This document shows, one piece after another, positions 1 to 9,852 of a stretch of 64,000 nt of DNA. This DNA is from Candidatus Limnocylindrales bacterium (lineage in GTDB: Bacteria > Chloroflexota > Dormibacteria > CF-121): positions 4,601 through 68,600 of the forward strand of contig DASQGL010000074.1 of assembly GCA_035632635.1 (NCBI GenBank), written 5' to 3'. Position numbers and translations under genes: made by a program. Position 1 is the stretch's first letter; each line of letters opens with the position of its first letter. The notes beneath the pieces are model-generated. The model saw only the letters and a list, made by a program, of their open reading frames with translations. It did no database searches and had not been told where the DNA came from.

Positions 1-1436
1 CCTGGACCACCTACAACTACATGGCGCTCTGGATCGGCATGTCGCACAACATCCCGACCTACCTGCTGGCCTCCGGCCTGGTCGCGCTCGGCATGGCCTG
101 GTACCAGGCGATCTTGACCATCGCGCTGGCGAACGTCATCGTCCTCATCCCGATGCTGCTCAACAGCCACGCGGGCACGAAATACGGGATTCCCTATCCC
201 GTGTTCGCGCGGGCGTCCTTCGGCGTCTTCGGCGCCAACGTGGCGGCGCTGCTCCGGGCGGGAGTGGCCTGCGGCTGGTTCGGAATCCAGACCTGGATCG
301 GCGGCGGCGCGCTCTACACGCTGGCCGGCGCGCTCTTCGGCAGCGGCTGGACGAACGCCGGTGCCATCTTCGGCCACCCCTGGACGCAGTGGCTGAGCTT
401 CGCCATCTTCTGGGCGATCAACATCGCGATCATCGTCCGCGGCATGGACGCCGTGCGCCGCTTTGAGAACTGGGCCGCGCCCTTCGTCCTGATCGTCGCC
501 TTCGGGCTGCTCGCCTGGATGGTGACCAAGGCCGGCGGCTTCGGTCCGATCGTCAGCCAGGGCGGCACGATCGGCTGGGGTACCGACTTCTGGCTGAAGC
601 TCTTCCCGCCGTCGCTCATGGGCATGATCGCCTTCTGGTCGACGCTCTCCCTGAACATGCCCGACTTCACGCGCTTCGGCAAGAGCCAGCGGGCCCAGGC
701 GATCGGCCAGGTGCTCGGCCTTCCGACCACGATGACGATCTTCCCGCTGGTGGCCGTGCTGATCACGTCCGCGACGGTAGTCGTCTACGGCAAGGCGATC
801 TGGGACCCGGTGGTCCTGACCGGCAAGTTCACGAACCCGATCGTGATCGTCTTCGCGCTCTTCAGCCTGGCGGTCGCCACCCTGTCCGTGAACGTCGCGG
901 CGAACGTGGTCAGTCCCTCGTATGACTTCTCCAACGTCTGGCCCAAGCTGATCAGCTTCCGGACCGGTGGCCTGATCACCGGTGTGCTCGGGATCCTGAT
1001 CCAGCCCTGGCGCCTGCTCGAGAGCGCCAACGTCTACATCTTCACCTGGCTCGGCTTCTACGGCGGGGCGCTGGGCGCGATCGCCGGCGTCCTCATCGCC
1101 GACTACTGGGTCAGGCGGCAGACTCGGCTCAAGCTGGCCGACCTCTATAGAGAGAACGGCATCTACTCGTACACGGGCGGATTCAACCTGCGGGGGATCG
1201 CCGCGCTCCTGATCGGCGGGGTCCTCGCCGTGGGCGGGGCCTACTCGGCCCCGGGCAATGGGCCGTTCCCCGCGTCCGGAATCTTGCCACCCCTGTACAA
1301 CTTCCCGCTCATCCACCTGTACGACTACAGCTGGGTGGTCGGTTTGGTGGCGGCGTTCTTGAGCTACCTTGCCCTCTCGGCGATCTTCCCGGTCGGGCGC
1401 GTGGAACGGAGGGCGCAACCGGCGGCGGCGGTCTAG
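1..1436 (+). CDS. NCS1-family nucleobase/hydantoin:cation symporter (5' end outside window)
   Basis: The long hydrophobic ORF 21..1436 is still in frame back to position 1, so it is probably N-terminally truncated. It has a multi-TM profile typical of the cytosine/uracil/allantoin/hydantoin permease family. It is the first gene of an operon encoding hydantoinase-pathway enzymes. Confidence 0.8.
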   Translation, partial: WTTYNYMALWIGMSHNIPTYLLASGLVALGMAWYQAILTIALANVIVLIPMLLNSHAGTKYGIPYPVFARASFGVFGANVAALLRAGVACGWFGIQTWIGGGALYTLAGALFGSGWTNAGAIFGHPWTQWLSFAIFWAINIAIIVRGMDAVRRFENWAAPFVLIVAFGLLAWMVTKAGGFGPIVSQGGTIGWGTDFWLKLFPPSLMGMIAFWSTLSLNMPDFTRFGKSQRAQAIGQVLGLPTTMTIFPLVAVLITSATVVVYGKAIWDPVVLTGKFTNPIVIVFALFSLAVATLSVNVAANVVSPSYDFSNVWPKLISFRTGGLITGVLGILIQPWRLLESANVYIFTWLGFYGGALGAIAGVLIADYWVRRQTRLKLADLYRENGIYSYTGGFNLRGIAALLIGGVLAVGGAYSAPGNGPFPASGILPPLYNFPLIHLYDYSWVVGLVAAFLSYLALSAIFPVGRVERRAQPAAAV

Positions 1437-1513
1437 CTTCGCGAATCGACACGAGGTGGACTCCCTTCCTCGCGGCGGGGAGTCCACCAGCTTTTACGGG
1501 CAAGAGGAGGAGG

Positions 1514-2548
1514 ATGGCGAGACTCAGCTTCGGCGTCTGCTTCGCCCCGGACCCCCCGCCCTCGCGATGGGTGGATCTGACCAGGCTCGCCGAGCGGTGG
1601 GGCTTCGAATACGCCTGGCTGTTCGACTCACACGTCCTCTGGCACGAGGTCTATCCGATCTTCACCCTCATGGCGGCGGCGACGACCACCATCAAGATCG
1701 GCCCCTGCGTGACGAATCCCGCGACTCGAGATCCCACCGTGACCGCCAGCGTCATGGCGACCCTCAACGAGATCTCCCATGGCCGCATGGTGCTGGGCAT
1801 GGGGCGCGGCGACAGCGCCCAGCGCGTGCTCGGCCGCAAGCCGGTCCCGGTGGAGGACATGGAGGAGGATTGCCGGGTCATCCGCGCGCTCGCCCAGGGT
1901 CAGGAAGCGTCGGTCGACGGCCGGCCGGTCCGGATCAAGTGGGCCCACGGCGAGCTCCCGATCTGGGTGGCAGGCTACGGCCCCAAGGCGCTGCGTGCGG
2001 CGGGCCGGGTCGCGGACGGCGTGATCATCCAGCTCGCCGATCCGGCGATCATCCGCTGGTGCCTGCGGTTCGTTCGCGAAGGGGCGGAGGAGGCCGGGCG
2101 CGACTTCTCCTCGATCCAGGTGCAGGCGGCCGCCCCCGCCTTCATCGCCGACGATCTGCGCACGGCCCGTGAGCAGGTCCGCTGGTTTCCAGCGCTCGTC
2201 TCGAACCATGTGGTAGACCTGCTCAAGCGCTATGACCCGGGAGACCTGCCGGCCGCGCTCACCGACTACATCAAAGCGCGGGAGGACTACGACTACGATG
2301 AGCACGCGAAGCGGGGCGCCGCCCATGCGGAGTTCGTCCCGGACGACGTCGTCGATCGGTTCTGCGTGATCGGGAACGTGGCGCAAAGCCTCAACCGGGT
2401 CCAGGAACTGGTCGATGCGGGCGTGCACCAGTTCAACCTCTATCTGATGGTCGAGAACCCGCAATCCGTGATCGAGACCTACGGCCGGGAGATCATCCCG
2501 CACTTTCAGTCCCAGCTCGAATCGGCCGCGAGCTCAACCCGCGGCTAA
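1514..2548 (+). CDS. LLM-class (luciferase-like) F420-dependent oxidoreductase
   Basis: It is 344 aa. The N-terminal region (GFEYAWLFDSH...) and overall similarity match the luciferase-like monooxygenase / F420-dependent reductase family. Upstream lies an SD-like aggaggagg. Confidence 0.8.
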   Translation: MARLSFGVCFAPDPPPSRWVDLTRLAERWGFEYAWLFDSHVLWHEVYPIFTLMAAATTTIKIGPCVTNPATRDPTVTASVMATLNEISHGRMVLGMGRGDSAQRVLGRKPVPVEDMEEDCRVIRALAQGQEASVDGRPVRIKWAHGELPIWVAGYGPKALRAAGRVADGVIIQLADPAIIRWCLRFVREGAEEAGRDFSSIQVQAAAPAFIADDLRTAREQVRWFPALVSNHVVDLLKRYDPGDLPAALTDYIKAREDYDYDEHAKRGAAHAEFVPDDVVDRFCVIGNVAQSLNRVQELVDAGVHQFNLYLMVENPQSVIETYGREIIPHFQSQLESAASSTRG

Positions 2549-2566
2549 GAGAGGAGAGAAAAGGAT

Positions 2567-3412
2567 ATGGCGAAGATACGAGCCGCCCTGATCCAGGCTC
2601 ATGCGAACATGCCCAAGGAGGATGCGATCCGCAAACACGAGCAGCTGATCGGGAAGGCGGCGGCTGCGGGCGCCCAGATCACCTGCCTGCAGGAGATCTT
2701 TCACGGCCCCTATTTCTGCGCCGAGCAGGACCCGAAATGGTATGCGACGGCGGAGCGCGACGACGGTCCGACCGTCCGCCGCATGCAGGAGCTCGCCACA
2801 AAGCACAAGATGGCGCTGGTCGTTCCCTTCTACGAGGAGGCGCAGACCGGCGTCTACTACAACACGGCGATCCTGATCGAAAACGACGGTCGGGTGCTGG
2901 GCAAATATCGCAAGACCCATATCCCGCACGTGGGGCCGTGCTTCTGGGAGAAGTTCTACTTCAAGCCGGGCAACCTCGGCTACCCGGTCTGGGACACGTC
3001 GGTCGGCCGGATCGGAATCCTGATCTGCTACGACCGGCATTTTCCGGAGCCGGCCCGCGAACTGGGACTCAAGGGCGCCGAGCTCGTCTTCAACCCGTCG
3101 GCCACGGTCAAGTCGCTCTCCCGCTACCTCTGGGAGCTCGAACAGCCGGCCCATGCGGTCGCGAACGGCTACTTCATCGGGGCGATCAACCGGGTCGGCG
3201 TCGAGAAGCCGCTCAACGGCGCGGAGTTCTACGGTTCGAGCTACTTCTGCGACCCCCGGGGCCGCATCATCGCGAAAGCGTCGGAGACCGAAGACGAGGT
3301 GCTCGTCTGCGAGCTAGACCTCGACTTGATCCGCGAGGTCCGCAACACCTGGCAGTTCATGCGAGACCGGCGTCCAGAGACGTACCACGAGCTCGTGGAG
3401 CTGCTTCCATGA
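2567..3412 (+). CDS. beta-ureidopropionase / N-carbamoyl-amino-acid amidohydrolase (nitrilase superfamily)
   Basis: It is 281 aa and belongs to the CN-hydrolase family. The catalytic Cys lies in the ILICYD context, and the conserved Glu and Lys regions are present. Upstream lies an SD-like gagaggagag. Confidence 0.85.
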   Translation: MAKIRAALIQAHANMPKEDAIRKHEQLIGKAAAAGAQITCLQEIFHGPYFCAEQDPKWYATAERDDGPTVRRMQELATKHKMALVVPFYEEAQTGVYYNTAILIENDGRVLGKYRKTHIPHVGPCFWEKFYFKPGNLGYPVWDTSVGRIGILICYDRHFPEPARELGLKGAELVFNPSATVKSLSRYLWELEQPAHAVANGYFIGAINRVGVEKPLNGAEFYGSSYFCDPRGRIIAKASETEDEVLVCELDLDLIREVRNTWQFMRDRRPETYHELVELLP

Positions 3413-4788
3413 AGATCCTGATCAAGGGCGGCACCGTGGTCACCGCCAGCGAGACGGCCAGGGCGGACGTCCTCGTGGTGGACGAGAAGGTCGCCTCCAT
3501 CGGCTCCGGGCTCGACGGCAAGGCCGACCGGGTGATCGACGCCACCGGGCGGCTCGTGATGCCGGGCGGCATCGACGCGCATACCCACATGGAGCTGCCC
3601 TTCGGCGGTACCTTCGCCTCGGACGACTTCGCCACGGGCACGGCGGCGGCGGCCTGGGGCGGCACCACCACGATCGTGGACTTCGCGGTGCAGAGCTACG
3701 GCGAAAGCCTGGGCAAAGGTCTCGAAACCTGGATGAAGAAGGCGGCCGGCAAGGCGCACATCGACTACGGGTTCCACATGATCGTACGCGAGATCAACGA
3801 CGGAATCCTCAAGGAGATGGATGCGCTGGTCAGGCAAGGCGTGCCCTCCTTCAAGCTCTTCATGGCCTATCCCGGTGTCTTCATGCTCGACGACGCGTCC
3901 ATCTTCAAGGCCATGAGCCGGACGGCCCAAAACGGCGGGCTGATCATGATGCACGCCGAGAACGGCGGGGCGATCGACGTGCTCGTCCACCGCTACCTGG
4001 CGGAGAAGAAGACCGCCCCCATCAACCATGGGCTGACGCGGCCATCCTCGATGGAGGGAGAAGCCACCCATCGGGCGATCGCGCTGGCGCGGCTGGCGGA
4101 CGTGGCCGTGTATATCGTCCACCTCAGCTCGAAGGAGGCGCTCGATGCGGTGCGGGAGGCGCGCGACGACGGGGCGCCCGCGTATGCCGAAACCTGCCCC
4201 CAGTACCTCTACCTGAGCCTCGACGACCTCGGCCGCCCGGGCTTCGAAGGTGCGAAGTACGTCTGCTCCCCGCCGCTCCGCCCCCGACTCCACCAGGAAG
4301 AGCTCTGGAAGGGACTCTTGAAAGACGACCTGCAGATCGTCTCCACCGACCACTGCCCGTTCCACTACCGGAAGCAGAAGACGCTCGGCAGAGGCGACTT
4401 CTCCAAGATCCCGAACGGTCTCCCGGGGGTCGAGGATCGTTTCACCTTGATCTACGACGGCGGCGTGGCTCGAGGGCGGATCAGCCCGAACCGGTTCGTG
4501 GAACTGGTCTCCACCGCTCCGGCCCGCATGTTCGGGCTCTACCCCAAAAAGGGTACGATCGCGCCCGGCTCCGATGCCGACATCGTCGTCTTCAACCCCA
4601 GGGTGGAGCGGATGCTGTCGTCGAAGACGCACCATATGAACGTCGACTACTCGGCCTATGAGGGCCGCAAGGTCAAGGGAGTCCCCGAGGTGGTGATGCA
4701 GCGAGGCAAGGTGCTGGTCGAGAATGGGAAGTTCCACGGCCGCAGGGGGGACGGCCAGTTCCTGAAGCGGAACAGGTCCCAACCGTGA
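3409..4788 (+). CDS. dihydropyrimidinase / D-hydantoinase
   Basis: ATG 3409 overlaps the upstream TGA (ATGA). The protein is 460 aa. The N-terminus MKILIKGGTVV...GGIDAHTHMELPF is classic for cyclic amidohydrolases. Confidence 0.9.
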   Translation: MKILIKGGTVVTASETARADVLVVDEKVASIGSGLDGKADRVIDATGRLVMPGGIDAHTHMELPFGGTFASDDFATGTAAAAWGGTTTIVDFAVQSYGESLGKGLETWMKKAAGKAHIDYGFHMIVREINDGILKEMDALVRQGVPSFKLFMAYPGVFMLDDASIFKAMSRTAQNGGLIMMHAENGGAIDVLVHRYLAEKKTAPINHGLTRPSSMEGEATHRAIALARLADVAVYIVHLSSKEALDAVREARDDGAPAYAETCPQYLYLSLDDLGRPGFEGAKYVCSPPLRPRLHQEELWKGLLKDDLQIVSTDHCPFHYRKQKTLGRGDFSKIPNGLPGVEDRFTLIYDGGVARGRISPNRFVELVSTAPARMFGLYPKKGTIAPGSDADIVVFNPRVERMLSSKTHHMNVDYSAYEGRKVKGVPEVVMQRGKVLVENGKFHGRRGDGQFLKRNRSQP

Positions 4789-4807
4789 TTCGCGTAAGGA
4801 GGAGAAT

Positions 4808-6256
4808 ATGATCGCGACCAAGACGGTGTCCGCCTTCATCGGAGGTCGGTTCGAGGAGGCGCGTTCGAAGCAGGTCGATGAGATCCCCAATCCGGCGACC
4901 GGGGAGACCATCGCCCAGCTACCCCACTCGACGCCCGATGACATCAATCGGGCCGTTGAGGCGGCGGTCAAGGCTTTTCCCTCGTGGAGCGAGACGCCGG
5001 TTCCCGACCGGGCCCAGGTGCTGTTTCGCTTCAAGGCGCTCTTCGATCAGCACGTCGATGAGCTGGCCGCGATCGTGACCCGGGAAAATGGGAAGACGCT
5101 CGACGAATCGCGCGGCGAGGTCAAACGCGCGATCGAGGTCATCGATTTCGCCTGCGGCGCTCCGACCCTGATGATGGGGCAGAACCTCGACCAGATCGCC
5201 CGCGGCATCGACGAGGAGCTGACCCGCTTCCCGGTGGGCGTGGTGGCCGGCATCACGCCGTTCAACTTCCCGAACATGGTGCCGCTGTGGATGATCCCGG
5301 TGGCGCTCGCCTGCGGGAACACGTTCGTGCTCAAGCCCTCCCAGCTCACCCCGCTCTCCGCGATGCGGATCGCCGAGCTGCTGGTGGAGGCCGGGGTGCC
5401 GGACGGCGTCTTCAACGTCGTGCACGGCGCCAAGGACACGGTCGACGCCCTGCTCACCCATCCGGACGTCGCCGCCATCTCGTTCGTGGGCTCGGCCCAG
5501 GTCGCCGCCGAGATCTACCGCAACGGGGCGGCTCACGGGAAACGCGTACAGGCGCTCGGCGGCGCGAAGAATCACATCCTGGTCATGGACGACGCCGACC
5601 TCGAACGGTCGGCCCCGCACGTCGTCTCCTCGGCCTTCGGGAACGCCGGCCAGCGCTGCCTGGCCGGCAGCGTCGCGGTCGGAGTCGGCAAGGTCGGGGA
5701 CGCGCTCGTGTCCGAGCTGCGCAGCGAAGCGTCGAAGTTGCGGGTCGGGCCGGGGACCGATCCGAAGACCACCATGGGTCCGGTCATCCGCGGCGAGCGC
5801 AAGCGGCGTCTGATCGAGTACATCGACGAGGCGCAGGCGCAGGGCGCTCAGCTCGTCCAGGACGGACGGGACGGCGGGCCGAAAGACGGCTTCTTCCTCG
5901 GTCCCACGATCTTCGACCGGGTCACCCCGGACATGCGCATCTGGAAGGACGAGCTGTTCGGCCCCGTCCTTTCCGTGGTGCGGGCTGCCGACATCGACCA
6001 GGCGCTCGCGATCTTGAACTCGAGCACCTACGGCAACATGGCGTCGATCTTCACCACCTCGGGCAAGAATGCACGCGAGTTCAAGCGGCGGGCCGAGGCC
6101 GGCATGCTCGGCGTCAACATCGGGGTGGCGGCTCCGATGGCGTTCTTCCCGTTCACCGGCTGGAAGAACTCGTTCTTCGGAGACCTGCACGCCACCGGGA
6201 TGGACAGCGTGCGTTTCTACACGCGGCACAAGGTCACGACGACGCGATGGCTGTAA
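4808..6256 (+). CDS. mmsA: CoA-acylating methylmalonate/malonate-semialdehyde dehydrogenase
   Basis: It is 482 aa and belongs to the aldehyde dehydrogenase family. The MmsA-like N-terminus and the catalytic Cys context GQRCLA are present. Upstream lies the SD aggagga. Confidence 0.85.
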   Translation: MIATKTVSAFIGGRFEEARSKQVDEIPNPATGETIAQLPHSTPDDINRAVEAAVKAFPSWSETPVPDRAQVLFRFKALFDQHVDELAAIVTRENGKTLDESRGEVKRAIEVIDFACGAPTLMMGQNLDQIARGIDEELTRFPVGVVAGITPFNFPNMVPLWMIPVALACGNTFVLKPSQLTPLSAMRIAELLVEAGVPDGVFNVVHGAKDTVDALLTHPDVAAISFVGSAQVAAEIYRNGAAHGKRVQALGGAKNHILVMDDADLERSAPHVVSSAFGNAGQRCLAGSVAVGVGKVGDALVSELRSEASKLRVGPGTDPKTTMGPVIRGERKRRLIEYIDEAQAQGAQLVQDGRDGGPKDGFFLGPTIFDRVTPDMRIWKDELFGPVLSVVRAADIDQALAILNSSTYGNMASIFTTSGKNAREFKRRAEAGMLGVNIGVAAPMAFFPFTGWKNSFFGDLHATGMDSVRFYTRHKVTTTRWL

Positions 6257-7587
6257 AAGAGGCGGCGCCGCACGTGCTGAGCGCCGAAGAGATCGTTGCC
6301 ATGTGCCGGCGCTACACCCTCTACGACTGGATGGCGCAGTCGGCCGCCGACCCGATCCCGGTCGACCACGCGAAGGGTGTCTACTTCTACACCCCGGACG
6401 GCAAGCGTTACATCGACTTCAACAGTCAGCTGATGAGCGTGAATGCTGGCCACGGCCATCCGCGGATCATCGAGGCCATCACGCGCCAGGCAGAGAAGCT
6501 CGCCTTCGCCAATCCATTTATGGCGCACGAGCCGAGGGCGTTGCTCGGGCGCAAGCTCGTCGAGCTGCTGCCCGGCGACATCGACAAGGTGTTCTTCACC
6601 CTTGGCGGCGCGGAGGCGAACGAGAACGCGGTGAAGATCGCGCGGGCGGTTACCGGACGGCAGAAGATTGTGTCGCGGTACCGTTCCTACCACGGCGCGA
6701 CCGGCGCCGGCATCGGCATGACCGGCGACCCGCGCCGCTGGCCCAACGAGCTGGGGCTCTCCGGCTTCGTCCACGTCCTCGATCCCTACCACGGTCCGCA
6801 GCGTGAGGTCGACTCCACCGAAGACGCGCTCCGCTACCTGGACGAGACCATCCAGCTCGAGGGACCGCAGACGATCGCCGCCTTCGTCCTGGAAACGGTC
6901 ACCGGTACCAACGGCATCCTGATCCCTCCAGACGGCTACCTCCAGGGGGTTCGCGAACTCTGCGACCGGTACGGCATCTTGATGGTCTGCGACGAGGTGA
7001 TGGCCGGTTTCGGCCGCACCGGCGAATGGTTCGCGGTCGACCACTGGAAGGTCGTCCCAGACATCCTGACCATGGCCAAAGGCTTGACGAGCAGCGCCGT
7101 TCCGCTGGGTGCCGTGGGTATGCGCCGGCACGTCGCCGAGTACTTCGATACCCACACCTTCTGGGGCGGCCTCACCTACAACAGCCACCCGCTCGGCTGT
7201 GCGGCGGCGCTGGGCACGATCCAGGCCTATGAAGAGGACGACATGATCGGCAACGCCAGGCGGATGGGGGTCGTCATGCGACGCCACCACCTGGAGTTGC
7301 AGCGCAAGCACCCCTGCGTCGGGCTGGTCCGCAACATCGGACTGTTCGGGATTCTCGAGCTGGTGCGTAACCGCACGACGATGGAGCCGCTCGCGCCGTT
7401 CAACGGGACGTCCCCGGAGATGAAGGCGATCGCGGCTCACCTGCGCGAGCATGGCCTCTACACCTTCCTGCGCTGGCACACGATCATGACCAACCCGCCG
7501 CTCTGCATCACCGAAGCCGAGCTGGCCGAGGGGTTTGCCATTCTGGATTCGGCGCTCAGCATCGGCGACCAGGCTGTGACATCGTGA
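6247..7587 (+). CDS. class-III (omega) aminotransferase, beta-alanine/beta-aminoisobutyrate--pyruvate type
   Basis: ATG 6247 overlaps the mmsA 3' end. The protein is 447 aa. It is a PLP fold-type I class III aminotransferase, with the DEVMAGFGRTG region. Confidence 0.85.
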   Translation: MAVKEAAPHVLSAEEIVAMCRRYTLYDWMAQSAADPIPVDHAKGVYFYTPDGKRYIDFNSQLMSVNAGHGHPRIIEAITRQAEKLAFANPFMAHEPRALLGRKLVELLPGDIDKVFFTLGGAEANENAVKIARAVTGRQKIVSRYRSYHGATGAGIGMTGDPRRWPNELGLSGFVHVLDPYHGPQREVDSTEDALRYLDETIQLEGPQTIAAFVLETVTGTNGILIPPDGYLQGVRELCDRYGILMVCDEVMAGFGRTGEWFAVDHWKVVPDILTMAKGLTSSAVPLGAVGMRRHVAEYFDTHTFWGGLTYNSHPLGCAAALGTIQAYEEDDMIGNARRMGVVMRRHHLELQRKHPCVGLVRNIGLFGILELVRNRTTMEPLAPFNGTSPEMKAIAAHLREHGLYTFLRWHTIMTNPPLCITEAELAEGFAILDSALSIGDQAVTS

Positions 7588-7964
7588 CCAGGACGACCGA
7601 GGCGGAGGTGCAGGCTTTCCTGAAGGATTACCCGCCCGAGATTCGTGCGGTCGCCTTGCGCGCCCGCCAGCTGCTGGCCACCGAGATGCCGGACGCGGTG
7701 GAGCAGGTGAAGCCGGGCTGGAAGGTGATGCAGTACGGCGCGAATGCCTCGATGCAAGCGCAGCTCATCGTCATCCAGCCCCAGGCGAACTGGGTCAACC
7801 TCGGATTCGCACACGGGTCGGAGCTCCCGGATCCGGTGGGGCTGCTCGAGGGGACCGGCAAGGGCATCCGTCACGTCAAGCTGCGCACCGTCAAAGACGT
7901 CGAGCGCGAGCCGGTGCGGGCGCTGGTGAAGGCCGAAGTCCGCATCGCGGAGGCCGGCCGCTGA
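7584..7964 (+). CDS. DUF1801 domain protein (YdhG-like)
   Basis: A GTG start at 7584 overlaps the upstream stop (GTGA). The 126-aa sequence is typical of DUF1801. Confidence 0.6.
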   Translation: MTRTTEAEVQAFLKDYPPEIRAVALRARQLLATEMPDAVEQVKPGWKVMQYGANASMQAQLIVIQPQANWVNLGFAHGSELPDPVGLLEGTGKGIRHVKLRTVKDVEREPVRALVKAEVRIAEAGR

Positions 7965-7974
7965 CTCCCTCCCC

Positions 7975-8763
7975 ATGAAGGAGGATGGCGCGCGTCGCCG
8001 GGCCGGCCGCACCCTGATCCGGCGTGGGCTGCAGCGAGAGACCGCCGATCGGCGCCTCCTCCAGGCGGCCCCGCTGGACGATACGCTGCACACCGACCAG
8101 TGGCGGGTCCTGCGGATCATGGCCGAGTTCGTCGATGGGTTCGATGCGCTCGCTCGGGTGGGTCGCGCGGTCACCGTCTTCGGGTCCGCCCGCGTCCAGG
8201 ACGCCGACCCGATGTACGCTCAGGCCCGGCGGGTTGGCTCGGAGCTGGCCCGGCAGGGCTTCGCCGTCATCACCGGCGGAGGTCAGGGCATCATGGAGGC
8301 GGCCAACCGCGGTGCGCATGAGGCGGGCGGCCTGTCCGTCGGGTGCAACATCGAGCTCCCCTTCGAGCAGGAGTTCAACCCGTATGTCGACCTCGGTATC
8401 GAGTTCCATTACTTCTTCGTCCGCAAGATGATGTTCGTCAAGTACGCGGAAGGCTTCGTTATCTTCCCCGGCGGATTCGGCACCCTTGACGAGCTCTTCG
8501 AGTCGCTCACCCTCATCCAGACCGGCAAGATCACCCATTTCCCGGTGATCCTCTTCGGGTCCGACTACTGGCATGGGCTGCGGCAGTGGGTGAACGAGGT
8601 CGTGCTGGCGCAGGGCAAGATCTCGCCGTCCGACCTCGATCTGCTGACGGTCACCGACGATCCGGAGCACGTCGTCGCCGTGATGCAGCAGTTCCACGAA
8701 CGCAAGCTTCGGGAGGCGAACGCGGCGCCGGCGCCCCACCCGCGAAAGGGCGGCATGCAATGA
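7975..8763 (+). CDS. LOG-family protein (cytokinin riboside 5'-monophosphate phosphoribohydrolase / TIGR00730-like)
   Basis: Motifs ITGGGQGIMEAAN and PGGFGTLDELFE. Confidence 0.8.
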   Translation: MKEDGARRRAGRTLIRRGLQRETADRRLLQAAPLDDTLHTDQWRVLRIMAEFVDGFDALARVGRAVTVFGSARVQDADPMYAQARRVGSELARQGFAVITGGGQGIMEAANRGAHEAGGLSVGCNIELPFEQEFNPYVDLGIEFHYFFVRKMMFVKYAEGFVIFPGGFGTLDELFESLTLIQTGKITHFPVILFGSDYWHGLRQWVNEVVLAQGKISPSDLDLLTVTDDPEHVVAVMQQFHERKLREANAAPAPHPRKGGMQ

Positions 8764-9848
8764 CGGAGGAGGTGCTCGACGTCCGGCTCCTCACCGATGG
8801 CGGTCAGCGGGCCGAAGACGTGGCAGCGGAACTGGCTGCCTTTCTCGAGGCCGCCAGCGCCACGATCGAGATCGCGATCTACGACCTGAATCTATCTGGG
8901 CCGCCCGCAGCCGTGGTGGCCGCCGCCGTCCACGCAGCAACCGGCCGCGGGGTCAAGGTCCGCCTCGCCTACAACGTCGACTTTCCCGAGCCCATCCCGA
9001 TCCCTCCCCCGGCGCAGCCGGACCAGGCCTTCATCGACAGCCTGGGGGTTCCGGTACGAGGGATCGCCGGCGTGCCGGCGTTGATGCATCACAAGTACGC
9101 GATCCGGGATGCCGCGACCCCGAATGCGGCCGTCTGGACCGGGTCCACCAACTGGACGAACGATTCCTGGACCCGCGAGGAGAACGTGATCGTCCGGATC
9201 CTCTCACAGGCGCTTGCGGGGGAATACCGGCGCAACTTCGAGGAACTGTGGTCGACGGGACGGGTCGAGATCTCCGGCAAGTACGACCTGCCCCTGGTCG
9301 ACCTGGTCGACCGCCAGTGCGGGCCCGTCCGCGCCAGGGTGTACTTCTCGCCGGGTCGCGGCCGGCGCATGGCCCATCTGATCGCGGACCGCCTCGCCCA
9401 CGCCCGCCGGCGGATTCGCCTCTGCTCGCCGGTGATCAGCGATGGACCGATCCTGGGCACCCTCGCCGAGATGGTCGCGCACCCTCATCCCGATTTCAAA
9501 GGCGTCTATGACCGGACCCAGATGCAGGAGGTGCTCGCCCAGTGGCAGGTGAACCCGCACGCCGCCTGGAAGGCCCCCGCGTTCAAGACGGTCGCCGCCG
9601 GCCTTCCATTCGGATCCAAGGTCACCACGCCCTATTCGCCGACGAGCGTGCACGACTACATGCACGCCAAGGTCCTGGTCGTCGACGATACGGTGCTGAC
9701 CGGGAGCTACAACCTCTCGCACAGCGGCGAGGAGAATGCGGAGAACCTGCTGGAGCTCAAGAGTTCGGCCCTGGCCGACTTCTTCGCCGGCTTCATCGAC
9801 CAGCTGTACGCGCGGTACGCACCCGTCCCTGCGGCGGCCCCACAATGA
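8760..9848 (+). CDS. phospholipase D-like protein with two HKD motifs
   Basis: The ATG overlaps the LOG stop (ATGA). The protein is 363 aa. It carries two HxK(x4)D motifs (HHKYAIRD and HAKVLVVDD). No TM segment is evident. Confidence 0.75.
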   Translation: MTEEVLDVRLLTDGGQRAEDVAAELAAFLEAASATIEIAIYDLNLSGPPAAVVAAAVHAATGRGVKVRLAYNVDFPEPIPIPPPAQPDQAFIDSLGVPVRGIAGVPALMHHKYAIRDAATPNAAVWTGSTNWTNDSWTREENVIVRILSQALAGEYRRNFEELWSTGRVEISGKYDLPLVDLVDRQCGPVRARVYFSPGRGRRMAHLIADRLAHARRRIRLCSPVISDGPILGTLAEMVAHPHPDFKGVYDRTQMQEVLAQWQVNPHAAWKAPAFKTVAAGLPFGSKVTTPYSPTSVHDYMHAKVLVVDDTVLTGSYNLSHSGEENAENLLELKSSALADFFAGFIDQLYARYAPVPAAAPQ

Positions 9849-9852
9849 TCCC

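Noticed and set aside
2737-4788. 683-aa ORF suggesting a much longer dihydropyrimidinase
   Set aside because: The first ~225 codons overlap the beta-ureidopropionase gene in another frame and are Arg/Gly-rich. The true start is ATG 3409, which overlaps the upstream TGA and gives a canonical 460-aa hydantoinase.
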